From Azolla caroliniana (taxonomy: Eukaryota; Plantae; Polypodiophyta), in assembly GCA_043228905.1 (NCBI GenBank), contig JBHGNT010000250.1, positions 1-45,106 of the forward strand: a DNA stretch of 45,106 nucleotides, in the 5' to 3' direction. Position numbers and translations under genes: made by a program. The notes under the pieces are model-generated. The model made no database searches. It saw only the letters and a program-made list of their open reading frames with translations, and was not told where the DNA came from. Shown in pieces: positions 33,239 through 45,106 of the stretch; within the stretch, counting starts at the first letter, position 1, and every line of letters begins with the position of its first letter.

Positions 33239-34361
33239 AGAACGTACATAACTTTTTCAACTATACACTTTCTGAACATCGTAAATGTAAATGGTGTGCT
33301 CTGTGTGGTGTCTTGACGTTCTCATAACCCTCTCAATCATATTTCTCCCACGCTCGCGCACAACACGCACGCACGCACGCACGATCAGGTCGCGTGCCCT
33401 CGCTCGCTCATTGCACAAGCAAAATGAAACTCCACGCACACATGATTAGGTAACGTGCCCACACGCACACTACCCACTGCCACCCTACCTATATCTATCT
33501 CTATCCATCTATCGCTATCTCTCTCACGAGCAACGCGAAACTCGTCAAACGTCGATGCCATCACAATGTTGTATTGAAGCCACCCTCATACAATGCCGTG
33601 TCTCGCCGTACCATGATGTGCGCAATAGTAGTGGCTGATCGTAACTCCTACTACAAACATGATTCCACATGAAATTCCCATGTCTATCTACCATTTTCAT
33701 CATCGTGTGAACCAACCAACCCACGCATGTTTCACCTAGAAATGTTGTCCTTGAATGGTGCCACCTTCATATTCCTCCGGTGGTTGCAGCGTCCACAACG
33801 ACGACGGATCTTGTAATCACAATGAAAACGCGTGTCGTCGTCCGTATGTTGGTCGCAATGGATTCTAAACCCCCTCGTGGCCACAACCACCGATAACGTT
33901 TTCGTGGAGAGAACCAACACCCTAAAAACCTTTTCTCACCACCTTATCCTCGTTTTACGAGGCCCATACGCACTCTACAACCTCAATGGCATCACATGTG
34001 TAGGTGGCTATCATGAGGTTACATACTGTCTACGTTGCAATATGGACGAAGCGTCCATAGGTTAGTAGATTTGAAATGCCCAAGTGCATAATCCCACTCC
34101 TGGTGTGATGGAGGTGAGTATAGGGCTAGTGATATGGTAGGTCGAAGCAGGAGGATCCTGGACACGTAAAGGGGGGTGGATAAAAGTGAATGGTCTCTTC
34201 CGTGGCCCAAGTATGGATCATGCCATTAACGTCTATAGGAATGGACGTGGGAAGGGACATGCATGTACTAGACATGCATGGCCTTGTGTATATAAGGGTG
34301 GATCAACCATGACACACTCAAATAGGCGGAGAGAGAACCGGGGTAGTTCCGAACACAAGCA

Positions 34362-35399
34362 ATGGCGAAGCTCACTATCATATTCCTCATGGCGGTTATC
34401 ATGCTAGCCGCCTGCGGCGCGGCCAATGCTAGATCTGTAGGACGGGATCGCGAAGAGGAGAGGCGCGATCGACGTAGGGAGGAGGATGTCGACGAGGAGA
34501 GGCGCAGCGGACGTCGTGAGGGATCCATCGATGAGAGGCGCTACAGAGACAACAAGAGAGAGTCGGATGAGGACCGGGATCGTCGCAGTCACGATCGCGA
34601 TGAGCCACGTGAGGAGAGGCGCGATCGACGCAGGGAGGAGGATTTCGATGAGGAGAGGCGCGGGGGACGTCGCGAGGGGTCCATCGAGGAGGGGCGCTAC
34701 GGAGACAACAAGAGAGAGTCCGAAGAGGAACGGGATCGTCGCGGTCGCGATCGTGATGAGTCACGTGACGAGAGGCGCGATCGACGCAGGGAGGAGGATG
34801 TCGAGCAGGAGAGGCGCGACCGACGTCGTGAAGGATCCCTCGATGAAGGACGTCGCAGAGACAACAAGAGAGAGTCCGAAGAGGAACGGGATCGTCGCGG
34901 CCGCGATCGCGATGAGCCACGAGACCGAGAGTTGAGGCAAGAGTGCCAAAACTTCGTCGATAGGCAGGTCCGCCACCTACAAGAACGTAATGAGAAGGAA
35001 GAACGTGGACGAAGCCGTCGCACCTCTTGGGATGAAATCAGCCGATATGCAAGGCCCTCCGAAAGATGCTGCAGGAACGTGGAACAAATCCCCGTAGAAG
35101 AGCGTTGCAACCGCCTCCGCGAGGCCTTATACATTAGCGGAGAAGAGGCACGCAATGATGGTCACCGCCATAGCCAAGTGTCAAGGGAACGTCGTCAATG
35201 GGAAGAGGATGCCGAGCGAGAGAGAGACAGTAGCGAGCGCGAGGAGGACGAGCGCCGTTATCGCATGACCGGACGACAAGATGAGGAACAACGTCGTCGT
35301 TTCAAGGCCGGTGAGGAGGAACAACTTCTAAGCGTGGCAACCTCTCGCCTTCTCCAACAATGTGATCTTCGCCCACGCGCTTGTATTCGCCACTTTTAA
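34362..35399 (+). CDS. 2S-albumin-like prepro-storage protein copy (S271)
   Basis: 345-aa ORF identical to the 12207 copy. Confidence 0.9.
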   Translation: MAKLTIIFLMAVIMLAACGAANARSVGRDREEERRDRRREEDVDEERRSGRREGSIDERRYRDNKRESDEDRDRRSHDRDEPREERRDRRREEDFDEERRGGRREGSIEEGRYGDNKRESEEERDRRGRDRDESRDERRDRRREEDVEQERRDRRREGSLDEGRRRDNKRESEEERDRRGRDRDEPRDRELRQECQNFVDRQVRHLQERNEKEERGRSRRTSWDEISRYARPSERCCRNVEQIPVEERCNRLREALYISGEEARNDGHRHSQVSRERRQWEEDAERERDSSEREEDERRYRMTGRQDEEQRRRFKAGEEEQLLSVATSRLLQQCDLRPRACIRHF

Positions 35400-36522
35400 A
35401 GAACGTACATAACTTTTTCAACTATACACTTTCTGAACATCGTAAATGTAAATGGTGTGCTCTGTGTGGTGTCTTGACGTTCTCATAACCCTCTCAATCA
35501 TATTTCTCCCACGCTCGCGCACAACACGCACGCACGCACGCACGATCAGGTCGCGTGCCCTCGCTCGCTCATTGCACAAGCAAAATGAAACTCCACGCAC
35601 ACATGATTAGGTAACGTGCCCACACGCACACTACCCACTCCCACCCTACCTATATCTATCTCTATCCATCTATCGCTATCTCTCTCACGAGCAACGCGAA
35701 ACTCGTCAAACGTCGATGCCATCACAATGTTGTATTGAAGCCACCCTCATACAATGCCGTGTCTCGCCGTACCATGATGTGCGCAATAGTAGTGGCTGAT
35801 CGTAACTCCTACTACAAACATGATTCCACATGAAATTCCCATGTCTATCTACCATTTTCATCATCGTGTGAACCAACCAACCCACGCATGTTTCACCTAG
35901 AAATGTTGTCCTTGAATGGTGCCACCTTCATATTCCTCCGGTGGTTGCAGCGTCCACAACGACGACGGATCTTGTAATCACAATGAAAACGCGTGTCGTC
36001 GTCCGTATGTTGGTCGCAATGGATTCTAAACCCCCTCGTGGCCACAACCACCGATAACGTTTTCGTGGAGAGAACCAACACCCTAAAAACCTTTTCTCAC
36101 CACCTTATCCTCGTTTTACGAGGCCCATACGCACTCTACAACCTCAATGGCATCACATGTGTAGGTGGCTATCATGAGGTTACATACTGTCTACGTTGCA
36201 ATATGGACGAAGCGTCCATAGGTTAGTAGATTTGAAATGCCCAAGTGCATAATCCCACTCCTGGTGTGATGGAGGTGAGTATAGGGCTAGTGATATGGTA
36301 GGTCGAAGCAGGAGGATCCTGGACACGTAAAGGGGGGTGGATAAAAGTGAATGGTCTCTTCCGTGGCCCAAGTATGGATCATGCCATTAACGTCTATAGG
36401 AATGGACGTGGGAAGGGACATGCATGTACTAGACATGCATGGCCTTGTGTATATAAGGGTGGATCAACCATGACACACTCAAATAGGCGGAGAGAGAACC
36501 GGGGTAGTTCCGAACACAAGCA

Positions 36523-37560
36523 ATGGCGAAGCTCACTATCATATTCCTCATGGCGGTTATCATGCTAGCCGCCTGCGGCGCGGCCAATGCTAGATCTGTA
36601 GGACGGGATCGCGAAGAGGAGAGGCGCGATCGACGTAGGGAGGAGGATGTCGACGAGGAGAGGCGCAGCGGACGTCGTGAGGGATCCATCGATGAGAGGC
36701 GCTACAGAGACAACAAGAGAGAGTCGGATGAGGACCGGGATCGTCGCAGTCACGATCGCGATGAGCCACGTGAGGAGAGGCGCGATCGACGCAGGGAGGA
36801 GGATTTCGATGAGGAGAGGCGCGGGGGACGTCGCGAGGGGTCCATCGAGGAGGGGCGCTACGGAGACAACAAGAGAGAGTCCGAAGAGGAACGGGATCGT
36901 CGCGGTCGCGATCGTGATGAGTCACGTGACGAGAGGCGCGATCGACGCAGGGAGGAGGATGTCGAGCAGGAGAGGCGCGACCGACGTCGTGAAGGATCCC
37001 TCGATGAAGGACGTCGCAGAGACAACAAGAGAGAGTCCGAAGAGGAACGGGATCGTCGCGGCCGCGATCGCGATGAGCCACGAGACCGAGAGTTGAGGCA
37101 AGAGTGCCAAAACTTCGTCGATAGGCAGGTCCGCCACCTACAAGAACGTAATGAGAAGGAAGAACGTGGACGAAGCCGTCGCACCTCTTGGGATGAAATC
37201 AGCCGATATGCAAGGCCCTCCGAAAGATGCTGCAGGAACGTGGAACAAATCCCCGTAGAAGAGCGTTGCAACCGCCTCCGCGAGGCCTTATACATTAGCG
37301 GAGAAGAGGCACGCAATGATGGTCACCGCCATAGCCAAGTGTCAAGGGAACGTCGTCAATGGGAAGAGGATGCCGAGCGAGAGAGAGACAGTAGCGAGCG
37401 CGAGGAGGACGAGCGCCGTTATCGCATGACCGGACGACAAGATGAGGAACAACGTCGTCGTTTCAAGGCCGGTGAGGAGGAACAACTTCTAAGCGTGGCA
37501 ACCTCTCGCCTTCTCCAACAATGTGATCTTCGCCCACGCGCTTGTATTCGCCACTTTTAA
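36523..37560 (+). CDS. 2S-albumin-like prepro-storage protein copy (S271)
   Basis: 345-aa ORF identical to the 12207 copy. Confidence 0.9.
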   Translation: MAKLTIIFLMAVIMLAACGAANARSVGRDREEERRDRRREEDVDEERRSGRREGSIDERRYRDNKRESDEDRDRRSHDRDEPREERRDRRREEDFDEERRGGRREGSIEEGRYGDNKRESEEERDRRGRDRDESRDERRDRRREEDVEQERRDRRREGSLDEGRRRDNKRESEEERDRRGRDRDEPRDRELRQECQNFVDRQVRHLQERNEKEERGRSRRTSWDEISRYARPSERCCRNVEQIPVEERCNRLREALYISGEEARNDGHRHSQVSRERRQWEEDAERERDSSEREEDERRYRMTGRQDEEQRRRFKAGEEEQLLSVATSRLLQQCDLRPRACIRHF

Positions 37561-38683
37561 AGAACGTACATAACTTTTTCAACTATACACTTTCTGAACA
37601 TCGTAAATGTAAATGGTGTGCTCTGTGTGGTGTCTTGACGTTCTCATAACCCTCTCAATCATATTTCTCCCACGCTCGCGCACAACACGCACGCACGCAC
37701 GCACGATCAGGTCGCGTGCCCTCGCTCGCTCATTGCACAAGCAAAATGAAACTCCACGCACACATGATTAGGTAACGTGCCCACACGCACACTACCCACT
37801 CCCACCCTACCTATATCTATCTCTATCCATCTATCGCTATCTCTCTCACGAGCAACGCGAAACTCGTCAAACGTCGATGCCATCACAATGTTGTATTGAA
37901 GCCACCCTCATACAATGCCGTGTCTCGCCGTACCATGATGTGCGCAATAGTAGTGGCTGATCGTAACTCCTACTACAAACATGATTCCACATGAAATTCC
38001 CATGTCTATCTACCATTTTCATCATCGTGTGAACCAACCAACCCACGCATGTTTCACCTAGAAATGTTGTCCTTGAATGGTGCCACCTTCATATTCCTCC
38101 GGTGGTTGCAGCGTCCACAACGACGACGGATCTTGTAATCACAATGAAAACGCGTGTCGTCGTCCGTATGTTGGTCGCAATGGATTCTAAACCCCCTCGT
38201 GGCCACAACCACCGATAACGTTTTCGTGGAGAGAACCAACACCCTAAAAACCTTTTCTCACCACCTTATCCTCGTTTTACGAGGCCCATACGCACTCTAC
38301 AACCTCAATGGCATCACATGTGTAGGTGGCTATCATGAGGTTACATACTGTCTACGTTGCAATATGGACGAAGCGTCCATAGGTTAGTAGATTTGAAATG
38401 CCCAAGTGCATAATCCCACTCCTGGTGTGATGGAGGTGAGTATAGGGCTAGTGATATGGTAGGTCGAAGCAGGAGGATCCTGGACACGTAAAGGGGGGTG
38501 GATAAAAGTGAATGGTCTCTTCCGTGGCCCAAGTATGGATCATGCCATTAACGTCTATAGGAATGGACGTGGGAAGGGACATGCATGTACTAGACATGCA
38601 TGGCCTTGTGTATATAAGGGTGGATCAACCATGACACACTCAAATAGGCGGAGAGAGAACCGGGGTAGTTCCGAACACAAGCA

Positions 38684-39721
38684 ATGGCGAAGCTCACTAT
38701 CATATTCCTCATGGCGGTTATCATGCTAGCCGCCTGCGGCGCGGCCAATGCTAGATCTGTAGGACGGGATCGCGAAGAGGAGAGGCGCGATCGACGTAGG
38801 GAGGAGGATGTCGACGAGGAGAGGCGCAGCGGACGTCGTGAGGGATCCATCGATGAGAGGCGCTACAGAGACAACAAGAGAGAGTCGGATGAGGACCGGG
38901 ATCGTCGCAGTCACGATCGCGATGAGCCACGTGAGGAGAGGCGCGATCGACGCAGGGAGGAGGATTTCGATGAGGAGAGGCGCGGGGGACGTCGCGAGGG
39001 GTCCATCGAGGAGGGGCGCTACGGAGACAACAAGAGAGAGTCCGAAGAGGAACGGGATCGTCGCGGTCGCGATCGTGATGAGTCACGTGACGAGAGGCGC
39101 GATCGACGCAGGGAGGAGGATGTCGAGCAGGAGAGGCGCGACCGACGTCGTGAAGGATCCCTCGATGAAGGACGTCGCAGAGACAACAAGAGAGAGTCCG
39201 AAGAGGAACGGGATCGTCGCGGCCGCGATCGCGATGAGCCACGAGACCGAGAGTTGAGGCAAGAGTGCCAAAACTTCGTCGATAGGCAGGTCCGCCACCT
39301 ACAAGAACGTAATGAGAAGGAAGAACGTGGACGAAGCCGTCGCACCTCTTGGGATGAAATCAGCCGATATGCAAGGCCCTCCGAAAGATGCTGCAGGAAC
39401 GTGGAACAAATCCCCGTAGAAGAGCGTTGCAACCGCCTCCGCGAGGCCTTATACATTAGCGGAGAAGAGGCACGCAATGATGGTCACCGCCATAGCCAAG
39501 TGTCAAGGGAACGTCGTCAATGGGAAGAGGATGCCGAGCGAGAGAGAGACAGTAGCGAGCGCGAGGAGGACGAGCGCCGTTATCGCATGACCGGACGACA
39601 AGATGAGGAACAACGTCGTCGTTTCAAGGCCGGTGAGGAGGAACAACTTCTAAGCGTGGCAACCTCTCGCCTTCTCCAACAATGTGATCTTCGCCCACGC
39701 GCTTGTATTCGCCACTTTTAA
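38684..39721 (+). CDS. 2S-albumin-like prepro-storage protein copy (S271)
   Basis: 345-aa ORF identical to the 12207 copy. Confidence 0.9.
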   Translation: MAKLTIIFLMAVIMLAACGAANARSVGRDREEERRDRRREEDVDEERRSGRREGSIDERRYRDNKRESDEDRDRRSHDRDEPREERRDRRREEDFDEERRGGRREGSIEEGRYGDNKRESEEERDRRGRDRDESRDERRDRRREEDVEQERRDRRREGSLDEGRRRDNKRESEEERDRRGRDRDEPRDRELRQECQNFVDRQVRHLQERNEKEERGRSRRTSWDEISRYARPSERCCRNVEQIPVEERCNRLREALYISGEEARNDGHRHSQVSRERRQWEEDAERERDSSEREEDERRYRMTGRQDEEQRRRFKAGEEEQLLSVATSRLLQQCDLRPRACIRHF

Positions 39722-40844
39722 AGAACGTACATAACTTTTTCAACTATACACTTTCTGAACATCGTAAATGTAAATGGTGTGCTCTGTGTGGTGTCTTGAC
39801 GTTCTCATAACCCTCTCAATCATATTTCTCCCACGCTCGCGCACAACACGCACGCACGCACGCACGATCAGGTCGCGTGCCCTCGCTCGCTCATTGCACA
39901 AGCAAAATGAAACTCCACGCACACATGATTAGGTAACGTGCCCACACGCACACTACCCACTCCCACCCTACCTATATCTATCTCTATCCATCTATCGCTA
40001 TCTCTCTCACGAGCAACGCGAAACTCGTCAAACGTCGATGCCATCACAATGTTGTATTGAAGCCACCCTCATACAATGCCGTGTCTCGCCGTACCATGAT
40101 GTGCGCAATAGTAGTGGCTGATCGTAACTCCTACTACAAACATGATTCCACATGAAATTCCCATGTCTATCTACCATTTTCATCATCGTGTGAACCAACC
40201 AACCCACGCATGTTTCACCTAGAAATGTTGTCCTTGAATGGTGCCACCTTCATATTCCTCCGGTGGTTGCAGCGTCCACAACGACGACGGATCTTGTAAT
40301 CACAATGAAAACGCGTGTCGTCGTCCGTATGTTGGTCGCAATGGATTCTAAACCCCCTCGTGGCCACAACCACCGATAACGTTTTCGTGGAGAGAACCAA
40401 CACCCTAAAAACCTTTTCTCACCACCTTATCCTCGTTTTACGAGGCCCATACGCACTCTACAACCTCAATGGCATCACATGTGTAGGTGGCTATCATGAG
40501 GTTACATACTGTCTACGTTGCAATATGGACGAAGCGTCCATAGGTTAGTAGATTTGAAATGCCCAAGTGCATAATCCCACTCCTGGTGTGATGGAGGTGA
40601 GTATAGGGCTAGTGATATGGTAGGTCGAAGCAGGAGGATCCTGGACACGTAAAGGGGGGTGGATAAAAGTGAATGGTCTCTTCCGTGGCCCAAGTATGGA
40701 TCATGCCATTAACGTCTATAGGAATGGACGTGGGAAGGGACATGCATGTACTAGACATGCATGGCCTTGTGTATATAAGGGTGGATCAACCATGACACAC
40801 TCAAATAGGCGGAGAGAGAACCGGGGTAGTTCCGAACACAAGCA

Positions 40845-41882
40845 ATGGCGAAGCTCACTATCATATTCCTCATGGCGGTTATCATGCTAGCCGCCTGCGG
40901 CGCGGCCAATGCTAGATCTGTAGGACGGGATCGCGAAGAGGAGAGGCGCGATCGACGTAGGGAGGAGGATGTCGACGAGGAGAGGCGCAGCGGACGTCGT
41001 GAGGGATCCATCGATGAGAGGCGCTACAGAGACAACAAGAGAGAGTCGGATGAGGACCGGGATCGTCGCAGTCACGATCGCGATGAGCCACGTGAGGAGA
41101 GGCGCGATCGACGCAGGGAGGAGGATTTCGATGAGGAGAGGCGCGGGGGACGTCGCGAGGGGTCCATCGAGGAGGGGCGCTACGGAGACAACAAGAGAGA
41201 GTCCGAAGAGGAACGGGATCGTCGCGGTCGCGATCGTGATGAGTCACGTGACGAGAGGCGCGATCGACGCAGGGAGGAGGATGTCGAGCAGGAGAGGCGC
41301 GACCGACGTCGTGAAGGATCCCTCGATGAAGGACGTCGCAGAGACAACAAGAGAGAGTCCGAAGAGGAACGGGATCGTCGCGGCCGCGATCGCGATGAGC
41401 CACGAGACCGAGAGTTGAGGCAAGAGTGCCAAAACTTCGTCGATAGGCAGGTCCGCCACCTACAAGAACGTAATGAGAAGGAAGAACGTGGACGAAGCCG
41501 TCGCACCTCTTGGGATGAAATCAGCCGATATGCAAGGCCCTCCGAAAGATGCTGCAGGAACGTGGAACAAATCCCCGTAGAAGAGCGTTGCAACCGCCTC
41601 CGCGAGGCCTTATACATTAGCGGAGAAGAGGCACGCAATGATGGTCACCGCCATAACCAAGTGTCAAGGGAACGTCGTCAATGGGAAGAGGATGCCGAGC
41701 GAGAGAGAGACAGTAGCGAGCGCGAGGAGGACGAGCGCCGTTATCGCATGACCGGACGACAAGATGAGGAACAACGTCGTCGTTTCAAGGCCGGTGAGGA
41801 GGAACAACTTCTAAGCGTGGCAACCTCTCGCCTTCTCCAACAATGTGATCTTCGCCCACGCGCTTGTATTCGCCACTTTTAA
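40845..41882 (+). CDS. 2S-albumin-like prepro-storage protein copy (N271)
   Basis: 345-aa ORF; AAC at 41655-41657, identical to the 5724 copy. Confidence 0.9.
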   Translation: MAKLTIIFLMAVIMLAACGAANARSVGRDREEERRDRRREEDVDEERRSGRREGSIDERRYRDNKRESDEDRDRRSHDRDEPREERRDRRREEDFDEERRGGRREGSIEEGRYGDNKRESEEERDRRGRDRDESRDERRDRRREEDVEQERRDRRREGSLDEGRRRDNKRESEEERDRRGRDRDEPRDRELRQECQNFVDRQVRHLQERNEKEERGRSRRTSWDEISRYARPSERCCRNVEQIPVEERCNRLREALYISGEEARNDGHRHNQVSRERRQWEEDAERERDSSEREEDERRYRMTGRQDEEQRRRFKAGEEEQLLSVATSRLLQQCDLRPRACIRHF

Positions 41883-43005
41883 AGAACGTACATAACTTTT
41901 TCAACTATACACTTTCTGAACATCGTAAATGTAAATGGTGTGCTCTGTGTGGTGTCTTGACGTTCTCATAACCCTCTCAATCATATTTCTCCCACGCTCG
42001 CGCACAACACGCACGCACGCACGCACGATCAGGTCGCGTGCCCTCGCTCGCTCATTGCACAAGCAAAATGAAACTCCACGCACACATGATTAGGTAACGT
42101 GCCCACACGCACACTACCCACTCCCACCCTACCTATATCTATCTCTATCCATCTATCGCTATCTCTCTCACGAGCAACGCGAAACTCGTCAAACGTCGAT
42201 GCCATCACAATGTTGTATTGAAGCCACCCTCATACAATGCCGTGTCTCGCCGTACCATGATGTGCGCAATAGTAGTGGCTGATCGTAACTCCTACTACAA
42301 ACATGATTCCACATGAAATTCCCATGTCTATCTACCATTTTCATCATCGTGTGAACCAACCAACCCACGCATGTTTCACCTAGAAATGTTGTCCTTGAAT
42401 GGTGCCACCTTCATATTCCTCCGGTGGTTGCAGCGTCCACAACGACGACGGATCTTGTAATCACAATGAAAACGCGTGTCGTCGTCCGTATGTTGGTCGC
42501 AATGGATTCTAAACCCCCTCGTGGCCACAACCACCGATAACGTTTTCGTGGAGAGAACCAACACCCTAAAAACCTTTTCTCACCACCTTATCCTCGTTTT
42601 ACGAGGCCCATACGCACTCTACAACCTCAATGGCATCACATGTGTAGGTGGCTATCATGAGGTTACATACTGTCTACGTTGCAATATGGACGAAGCGTCC
42701 ATAGGTTAGTAGATTTGAAATGCCCAAGTGCATAATCCCACTCCTGGTGTGATGGAGGTGAGTATAGGGCTAGTGATATGGTAGGTCGAAGCAGGAGGAT
42801 CCTGGACACGTAAAGGGGGGTGGATAAAAGTGAATGGTCTCTTCCGTGGCCCAAGTATGGATCATGCCATTAACGTCTATAGGAATGGACGTGGGAAGGG
42901 ACATGCATGTACTAGACATGCATGGCCTTGTGTATATAAGGGTGGATCAACCATGACACACTCAAATAGGCGGAGAGAGAACCGGGGTAGTTCCGAACAC
43001 AAGCA

Positions 43006-44043
43006 ATGGCGAAGCTCACTATCATATTCCTCATGGCGGTTATCATGCTAGCCGCCTGCGGCGCGGCCAATGCTAGATCTGTAGGACGGGATCGCGAAGA
43101 GGAGAGGCGCGATCGACGTAGGGAGGAGGATGTCGACGAGGAGAGGCGCAGCGGACGTCGTGAGGGATCCATCGATGAGAGGCGCTACAGAGACAACAAG
43201 AGAGAGTCGGATGAGGACCGGGATCGTCGCAGTCACGATCGCGATGAGCCACGTGAGGAGAGGCGCGATCGACGCAGGGAGGAGGATTTCGATGAGGAGA
43301 GGCGCGGGGGACGTCGCGAGGGGTCCATCGAGGAGGGGCGCTACGGAGACAACAAGAGAGAGTCCGAAGAGGAACGGGATCGTCGCGGTCGCGATCGTGA
43401 TGAGTCACGTGACGAGAGGCGCGATCGACGCAGGGAGGAGGATGTCGAGCAGGAGAGGCGCGACCGACGTCGTGAAGGATCCCTCGATGAAGGACGTCGC
43501 AGAGACAACAAGAGAGAGTCCGAAGAGGAACGGGATCGTCGCGGCCGCGATCGCGATGAGCCACGAGACCGAGAGTTGAGGCAAGAGTGCCAAAACTTCG
43601 TCGATAGGCAGGTCCGCCACCTACAAGAACGTAATGAGAAGGAAGAACGTGGACGAAGCCGTCGCACCTCTTGGGATGAAATCAGCCGATATGCAAGGCC
43701 CTCCGAAAGATGCTGCAGGAACGTGGAACAAATCCCCGTAGAAGAGCGTTGCAACCGCCTCCGCGAGGCCTTATACATTAGCGGAGAAGAGGCACGCAAT
43801 GATGGTCACCGCCATAGCCAAGTGTCAAGGGAACGTCGTCAATGGGAAGAGGATGCCGAGCGAGAGAGAGACAGTAGCGAGCGCGAGGAGGACGAGCGCC
43901 GTTATCGCATGACCGGACGACAAGATGAGGAACAACGTCGTCGTTTCAAGGCCGGTGAGGAGGAACAACTTCTAAGCGTGGCAACCTCTCGCCTTCTCCA
44001 ACAATGTGATCTTCGCCCACGCGCTTGTATTCGCCACTTTTAA
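43006..44043 (+). CDS. 2S-albumin-like prepro-storage protein copy (S271)
   Basis: 345-aa ORF identical to the 12207 copy. Confidence 0.9.
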   Translation: MAKLTIIFLMAVIMLAACGAANARSVGRDREEERRDRRREEDVDEERRSGRREGSIDERRYRDNKRESDEDRDRRSHDRDEPREERRDRRREEDFDEERRGGRREGSIEEGRYGDNKRESEEERDRRGRDRDESRDERRDRRREEDVEQERRDRRREGSLDEGRRRDNKRESEEERDRRGRDRDEPRDRELRQECQNFVDRQVRHLQERNEKEERGRSRRTSWDEISRYARPSERCCRNVEQIPVEERCNRLREALYISGEEARNDGHRHSQVSRERRQWEEDAERERDSSEREEDERRYRMTGRQDEEQRRRFKAGEEEQLLSVATSRLLQQCDLRPRACIRHF

Positions 44044-45062
44044 AGAACGTACATAACTTTTTCAACTATACACTTTCTGAACATCGTAAATGTAAATGGT
44101 GTGCTCTGTGTGGTGTCTTGACGTTCTCATAACCCTCTCAATCATATTTCTCCCACGCTCGCGCACAACACGCACGCACGCACGCACGATCAGGTCGCGT
44201 GCCCTCGCTCGCTCATTGCACAAGCAAAATGAAACTCCACGCACACATGATTAGGTAACGTGCCCACACGCACACTACCCACTCCCACCCTACCTATATC
44301 TATCTCTATCCATCTATCGCTATCTCTCTCACGAGCAACGCGAAACTCGTCAAACGTCGATGCCATCACAATGTTGTATTGAAGCCACCCTCATACAATG
44401 CCGTGTCTCGCCGTACCATGATGTGCGCAATAGTAGTGGCTGATCGTAACTCCTACTACAAACATGATTCCACATGAAATTCCCATGTCTATCTACCATT
44501 TTCATCATCGTGTGAACCAACCAACCCACGCATGTTTCACCTAGAAATGTTGTCCTTGAATGGTGCCACCTTCATATTCCTCCGGTGGTTGCAGCGTCCA
44601 CAACGACGACGGATCTTGTAATCACAATGAAAACGCGTGTCGTCGTCCGTATGTTGGTCGCAATGGATTCTAAACCCCCTCGTGGCCACAACCACCGATA
44701 ACGTTTTCGTGGAGAGAACCAACACCCTAAAAACCTTTTCTCACCACCTTATCCTCGTTTTACGAGGCCCATACGCACTCTACAACCTCAATGGCATCAC
44801 ATGTGTAGGTGGCTATCATGAGGTTACATACTGTCTACGTTGCAATATGGACGAAGCGTCCATAGGTTAGTAGATTTGAAATGCCCAAGTGCATAATCCC
44901 ACTCCTGGTGTGATGGAGGTGAGTATAGGGCTAGTGATATGGTAGGTCGAAGCAGGAGGATCCTGGACACGTAAAGGGGGGTGGATAAAAGTGAATGGTC
45001 TCTTCCGTGGCCCAAGTATGGATCATGCCATTAACGTCTATAGGAATGGACGTGGGAAGGGA

Positions 45063-45100
45063 CATGCATGTACTAGACATGCATGGCCTTGTGTATATAA
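45063..45100 (+). promoter_or_regulatory. RY-RY-TATA promoter of the next array copy (CDS beyond window)
   Basis: CATGCATG at 45063-45070 and 45078-45085, TATATAA at 45094-45100; the array continues past the window end. Confidence 0.85.
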
Positions 45101-45106
45101 GGGTGG

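Larger units (their letters stand above)
1..45106 (+). repeat. Tandem gene array, 2161-bp unit (1038-bp CDS + 1123-bp spacer/promoter), about 17.6 unit lengths, interrupted once by an LTR retrotransposon
   Basis: ORF starts recur every 2161 bp (3563, 5724, 7885, 10046, 12207, 14368; +5 bp to 16534; 18695; then 27879 = 18695+2161+7018+5; 30040 ... 43006). Coding and spacer sequences are almost identical between units. Confidence 0.99.

Noticed and set aside
1-45106. Whole array as a library concatemer or transgene array
   Set aside because: A TSD-flanked retrotransposon in a single unit, block-distributed SNPs and the absence of vector sequence indicate a genuine chromosomal array, although exact copy number needs read support.

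Overview
Land-plant nuclear DNA. Almost the whole window is a head-to-tail tandem array of a 2161-bp unit whose copies are nearly identical, and the array runs off both ends. Each unit carries one intronless + strand gene for a 345-aa secreted precursor: a signal peptide, three 52-aa Arg/Glu/Asp polyampholyte repeats, then a 2S-albumin/prolamin-superfamily domain with 6 of the usual 8 Cys. Each gene has a seed/spore-maturation-type promoter (two RY CATGCATG boxes, two ABREs, a CE3-like element, TATA). I count 15 intact copies, one frameshifted copy (probably sequence error), one partial copy at the left edge, one copy disrupted by a retrotransposon, and the promoter of a further copy at the right edge. 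The retrotransposon (19442-26459, minus strand, 7018 bp) is a full-length Ty3/Gypsy chromovirus. It has two 455-bp LTRs that look identical, a GTTGC target-site duplication, a tRNA-iMet PBS, a PPT and a single 1477-aa Gag-PR-RT-RH-IN-chromodomain ORF. Its unusual traits are TG...TA termini and a 1.7-kb leader that holds a predicted intron containing five regularly spaced hairpin repeats. The species cannot be determined from the sequence, and all family assignments are by motif recognition rather than database search.
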